A stretch of DNA of 64,000 nucleotides, from the NCBI GenBank assembly GCA_903789495.1, contig CAIFEQ010000007.1:2414-66413 (forward strand), given 5' to 3'. The translations under genes were made by a program, and so were the position numbers. The stretch is from an uncultured Erysipelotrichaceae bacterium. Lineage in GTDB: Bacteria; Bacillota_I; Bacilli_A; Erysipelotrichales; Erysipelotrichaceae. Under the pieces are notes generated by a model. That model saw nothing but the letters and a program-made list of their open reading frames with translations. It did not search any database and was not told the origin of the DNA. Shown piece by piece: positions 61,687 to 64,000 of the stretch. Positions within the stretch are counted from its first letter, which is position 1, and each line of letters starts with the position of its first letter.

Positions 61687-62982
61687 TCAGTGCCGGGACA
61701 GTACTGTCAGGGATTCGATCTGCGGAGTATTGGGGAACATGTCAAAGGGAATGACGGTCCGTACTTCCAGCTTGTGTTTGAGCTCCTTCAGATTTCTGCC
61801 CAGCGTCGCCGGATTGCAGGAAACATAGATGATCCGTTCGACGGAAGACTGCAGGACCGCCTCGATCATGGCCTCGTCCAGTCCCGTGCGGGGCGGGTCG
61901 ACCAGCAGGGTATCCGCGTTTTTCAGCGTGGCAAAGACCTCTGCGGCATCCCCGGCCACAAAGTCGACATTGGTGATCTGATTGCGTCTGGCATTCTCCC
62001 GGGCATCCTTTACGGCATCTGCGATGGATTCGATGCCGGTGATGTGGCGGGCCCTGGCCTGCGCCATCAGGGACATGACCCCGATGCCGCAGTAGGCTTC
62101 CACCAGTTCTTCGCAGGGATCGATCTTCTGAACGGCGGTTTCGTAAAGACGTTCCGCCTGTTCCAGGTTGAGCTGGAAGAAGGAAGCCGGCCGGATCTCC
62201 AGAGAAAGGCCATGCAGAGAAAAGGGCAGATGTTCCTGCCCGGCCAGCAGCCGGGGCACGGTGCCGAAGATGGCAGTTCCCCTGCGGCGGTCGTTGATCG
62301 ACTGAAAGACACCGGTCATGCCGGGCAGGGCCTGCAGCTCCTGAATCATTTCTGCCGGAAAGGACATCCTGCCGCTGACCAGGGTCAGCTGAGCCTGGTG
62401 CTGAATGCTGCGCAGGACCAGATACCGCAGGCCGGCCGGTTCCCGGCTGGAAAAGACCGGCAGTTCATAGCGGTTGAGAACAGCCAGGACCTGCAGCCGC
62501 AGGGTCTCCAGTTCTTCGGTATGGTCAGAAAACTGCGTAAAGGGTACGAAGTGATTCGTGCCGGGTTCATACATGCCATTGACCAGCTGGCCGTCGATCC
62601 TTCGGACCGGCAGCTTGCAGGCACTGCGGTAATGCACGGAAGGACTGGCCTTGCAGGGCCGGATCAGATCCCGGGAGACATGCCCGTATTTCCACAGGCT
62701 TTCGGCCAGAAGTTCCTGCTTGGCCTGCAGCTGGGCCTGGGGATTCAGCAGCGATAAAGCGGCCCCGCTGCAGCGCTGCTCCTGGCTCAGGGCATTCTGG
62801 ACGCGGTCCGGGCTTTTCGACAGCAGCCGCTTCAGCCTGGCCCTGGCATAGGTGGCATGCTGTTCCACGATTTCCACGTCGGCTTCCTCGCCTGGCAGAA
62901 CGCCCGGACAGAAGACCGGCTGGCGATGGAAATACGCGATGCCTTCGCCGTTGATGCCCATTCTGACAAATAAGAGTTTCAT
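61687..62982 (-). CDS. TrmA/RumA-family 23S rRNA (uracil-5-)-methyltransferase-like SAM-dependent RNA methyltransferase
   Basis: TRAM-like N-terminus (GEGIAYFHRQPVFCPGVLPGEEADVEIV), FFQLN, CGIG, VDPPRTGL, YVSCNPATL. Confidence 0.85.
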   Translation of the reverse strand: MKLLFVRMGINGEGIAYFHRQPVFCPGVLPGEEADVEIVEQHATYARARLKRLLSKSPDRVQNALSQEQRCSGAALSLLNPQAQLQAKQELLAESLWKYGHVSRDLIRPCKASPSVHYRSACKLPVRRIDGQLVNGMYEPGTNHFVPFTQFSDHTEELETLRLQVLAVLNRYELPVFSSREPAGLRYLVLRSIQHQAQLTLVSGRMSFPAEMIQELQALPGMTGVFQSINDRRRGTAIFGTVPRLLAGQEHLPFSLHGLSLEIRPASFFQLNLEQAERLYETAVQKIDPCEELVEAYCGIGVMSLMAQARARHITGIESIADAVKDARENARRNQITNVDFVAGDAAEVFATLKNADTLLVDPPRTGLDEAMIEAVLQSSVERIIYVSCNPATLGRNLKELKHKLEVRTVIPFDMFPNTPQIESLTVLSRH

Positions 62983-62989
62983 GCTGGTT

Positions 62990-64000
62990 TCACCTCAGGA
63001 AAGCGATATTGTTGTCGGAGCAGAAGTTATCCAGGCTGTAGATGAAGTAGACATCCTGATTCTCCTGAAGCAGGTCGGAAACGGGATCGTGGTACTGCCG
63101 CAGATCGATGATCTCCAGCTCTTCATATTCCTGAGCCAGGTAGGGGATCAGGATATGGGCGAAGCTGTCCTTGATGATCAGAGCTTTGCGGCCATTGTGA
63201 TTGCTGGTGGTGATATGGACCTCGGCATGGTTGCCGTCGACATAGTAGGGATATTCATCCTTCTCGTCCAGATGTTCCGGGAAGTAGAGACTGTCGGCGG
63301 TGCTGCCGTCTTCAAACTCGACCCGCACCTGCACCGGATGCTCCGGTTCGATCTGTTCCACCTGGTCGCGGGGATTCCAGAAGACTCCGCTGCGCGACAG
63401 CATGGTTCCGCCGAAGTCTTCGCTGACGGTTTCGTAATGGAATTCTTCCGGTTCCCTGTGCAGGGTCTGCCGGCAGATCTCCTCATAGGCCAGCCGGGCA
63501 CCCCGGGCGTTCCAGTGATGATCGGTATGGTAGTACAGATCTTCTTCCCCGTCCATCTGCGCACCGAGATCGATGAAGGTCTGATCCGGGAACTGGCATG
63601 CGATCTGCTGGAGCAGCTCTTCCTCATCGATGTTCCAGGAGCCGGCCTTCAGACTCTGCCGCTGTCCCCAGGCTGCGGTCGGGGCCAGCAGGATCGTGGC
63701 CTGGATCTGGTTGTCAGCCAGAAACTGCTGCACGGTCTCGATGTTATGTTCCAGCGCTTCGGGCTGGATGGTCTGGAAGGCGCGGATCAGCCGGCTGTCA
63801 TCGGCAAAATAGACGTCATTGTTCTCCAGGGCCCCGCTGCCGATCTGCAGGGCAGCCTGGATTTCGATCCAGGTGCTGCGGCCTATGAAGTGGTCGGAGA
63901 ACCAGTTTTCAAACTGGTCATCAAATTCGCCGCTGCGGATGGTGCGGCTATCCGGAAATTCCGCCAGGGTGCGGTTTTCATACTCCGAAAATTCCTGCTT
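62990..64000 (-). CDS. DHHW-family protein (SGNH/AlgX-like); N-terminus beyond the window edge
   Basis: YYHTDHHWNARGA motif. The reading frame continues open upstream of the track ORF to position 64000 (…EFSEYENRTLAEFPDSRTIRSGEFDDQFENWFSDHFIGR…). Confidence 0.8.
   Translation of the reverse strand, partial: KQEFSEYENRTLAEFPDSRTIRSGEFDDQFENWFSDHFIGRSTWIEIQAALQIGSGALENNDVYFADDSRLIRAFQTIQPEALEHNIETVQQFLADNQIQATILLAPTAAWGQRQSLKAGSWNIDEEELLQQIACQFPDQTFIDLGAQMDGEEDLYYHTDHHWNARGARLAYEEICRQTLHREPEEFHYETVSEDFGGTMLSRSGVFWNPRDQVEQIEPEHPVQVRVEFEDGSTADSLYFPEHLDEKDEYPYYVDGNHAEVHITTSNHNGRKALIIKDSFAHILIPYLAQEYEELEIIDLRQYHDPVSDLLQENQDVYFIYSLDNFCSDNNIAFLR

Overview
This is a densely packed chromosomal segment from a GC-rich, strongly GC3-biased, Bacillota-type anaerobe. 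That placement rests on gene content: an Rnf complex, a sensory [FeFe]-hydrogenase, an ECF S-component, a LytTR/DUF3021 pair, a DHHW protein and activase/dehydratase-like genes. I call about 66 protein-coding genes, two of them interrupted by single-base homopolymer frameshifts. I also call five tRNAs (His-GTG, Leu-CAA, Trp-CCA, Glu-TTC, Gly-CCC), about 20 intrinsic terminators and several promoters and operators. I saw no rRNA, CRISPR array, transposase, integrase or phage genes. The long ORFs in the track that lie antisense to the called genes are GC-bias shadows. I could not single out one clear novel system. The candidates worth a second look are: (1) a 33-codon leader ORF whose stop codon overlaps an intrinsic terminator, upstream of an ankyrin-repeat gene plus an EF-G II-type paralog that lacks both hallmark histidines; (2) a non-canonical Rnf cluster, with RnfD fused to an extra TM helix and an FMN_bind-like domain, a 93-aa RnfB without ferredoxin domains, and an inserted Cys-rich mini-protein; (3) a sensory hydrogenase (HydS-type) overlapping a PP2C phosphatase gene with no target genes nearby; (4) a tightly coupled six-gene operon (unknown protein, double activase, dehydratase-like, HAD, patatin, YbaK) behind a terminator/antiterminator leader; (5) a Lon-type AAA+ protein without a protease domain; (6) a four-gene overlapping operon with a P-loop-less shikimate-kinase-like protein, NusG_II, a Gx transporter and a glutaredoxin-like protein; (7) homopolymer frameshifts that probably reflect assembly quality. 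All family calls come from reading motifs by eye, and no database search was run.
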